DNA of 62,851 nucleotides, counting the filler, from Octopus bimaculoides (lineage: Eukaryota): NCBI RefSeq assembly GCF_001194135.2. It is 5 parts of 5 records of this genome, joined end to end, with 100 filler letters (N's around TTAATTAATTAA, not from the genome) between each part and the next. Parts side by side here need not be neighbours in the genome. Positions count along the whole stretch, not along the records: positions 61,128 to 62,851 come from NW_026334425.1; 4 more parts are not named here. One strand, 5' to 3'. The translations under genes and the position numbers were made by a program. The notes under the pieces were generated by a model that saw nothing but the letters and a program-made list of their open reading frames with translations, made no database searches and was not told where the DNA came from. Of the stretch, positions 62,621 to 62,851 are shown piece after piece (the first letter of the stretch is position 1; every line of letters begins with the position of its first letter).

Positions 62621-62851
62621 TGGTATGTGAGTCTGTGTAGTGATGTGCTGTGAGGATGTCTACCCCGGGCTTCGTTGGTGGAAACGAAGGGGACATGGCG
62701 CAGTGCCTTATATATGATAGAAATGAAGGTTTGCTGGGGTAAGGGATGCGACTCGAAGAGGTGTCAGGAGAGCGTTGAGTAATAATATTTAAAGGAAAGG
62801 AATTATGGGATGTGAAATGGACAGATGGAAACGGCTGTGATAGTGTGTGTG

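Overview
AT-rich, microsatellite-dense eukaryotic scaffold with many N gaps. The SINE families and repeat landscape suggest an octopus genome (inference, not verified). Most of the window is decayed mobile DNA: four SINE families, RTE, CR1-like and R4/Dong-like LINE fragments, a Gypsy remnant, mariner/Tc1, Chapaev3-like, Helitron and piggyBac remnants, and hAT MITEs. One host gene is well supported: four phase-compatible plus-strand exons (43660-48148) whose product carries a motif resembling UAP56-interacting factor/FYTTD1. Weaker minus-strand exon candidates (39374 down to about 11100) may form a second, divergently transcribed gene. The most unusual structure is an (AAT)n-associated retroelement set: R4/Dong-like RLE fragments, a short internally deleted Dong-like derivative whose N-terminal Myb-like region is fused in frame to the ORF C-terminus, and a non-coding ~490-bp element also found embedded in (AAT)n. 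All family names come from manual motif recognition; no database searches were run, and boundaries of decayed elements are approximate.
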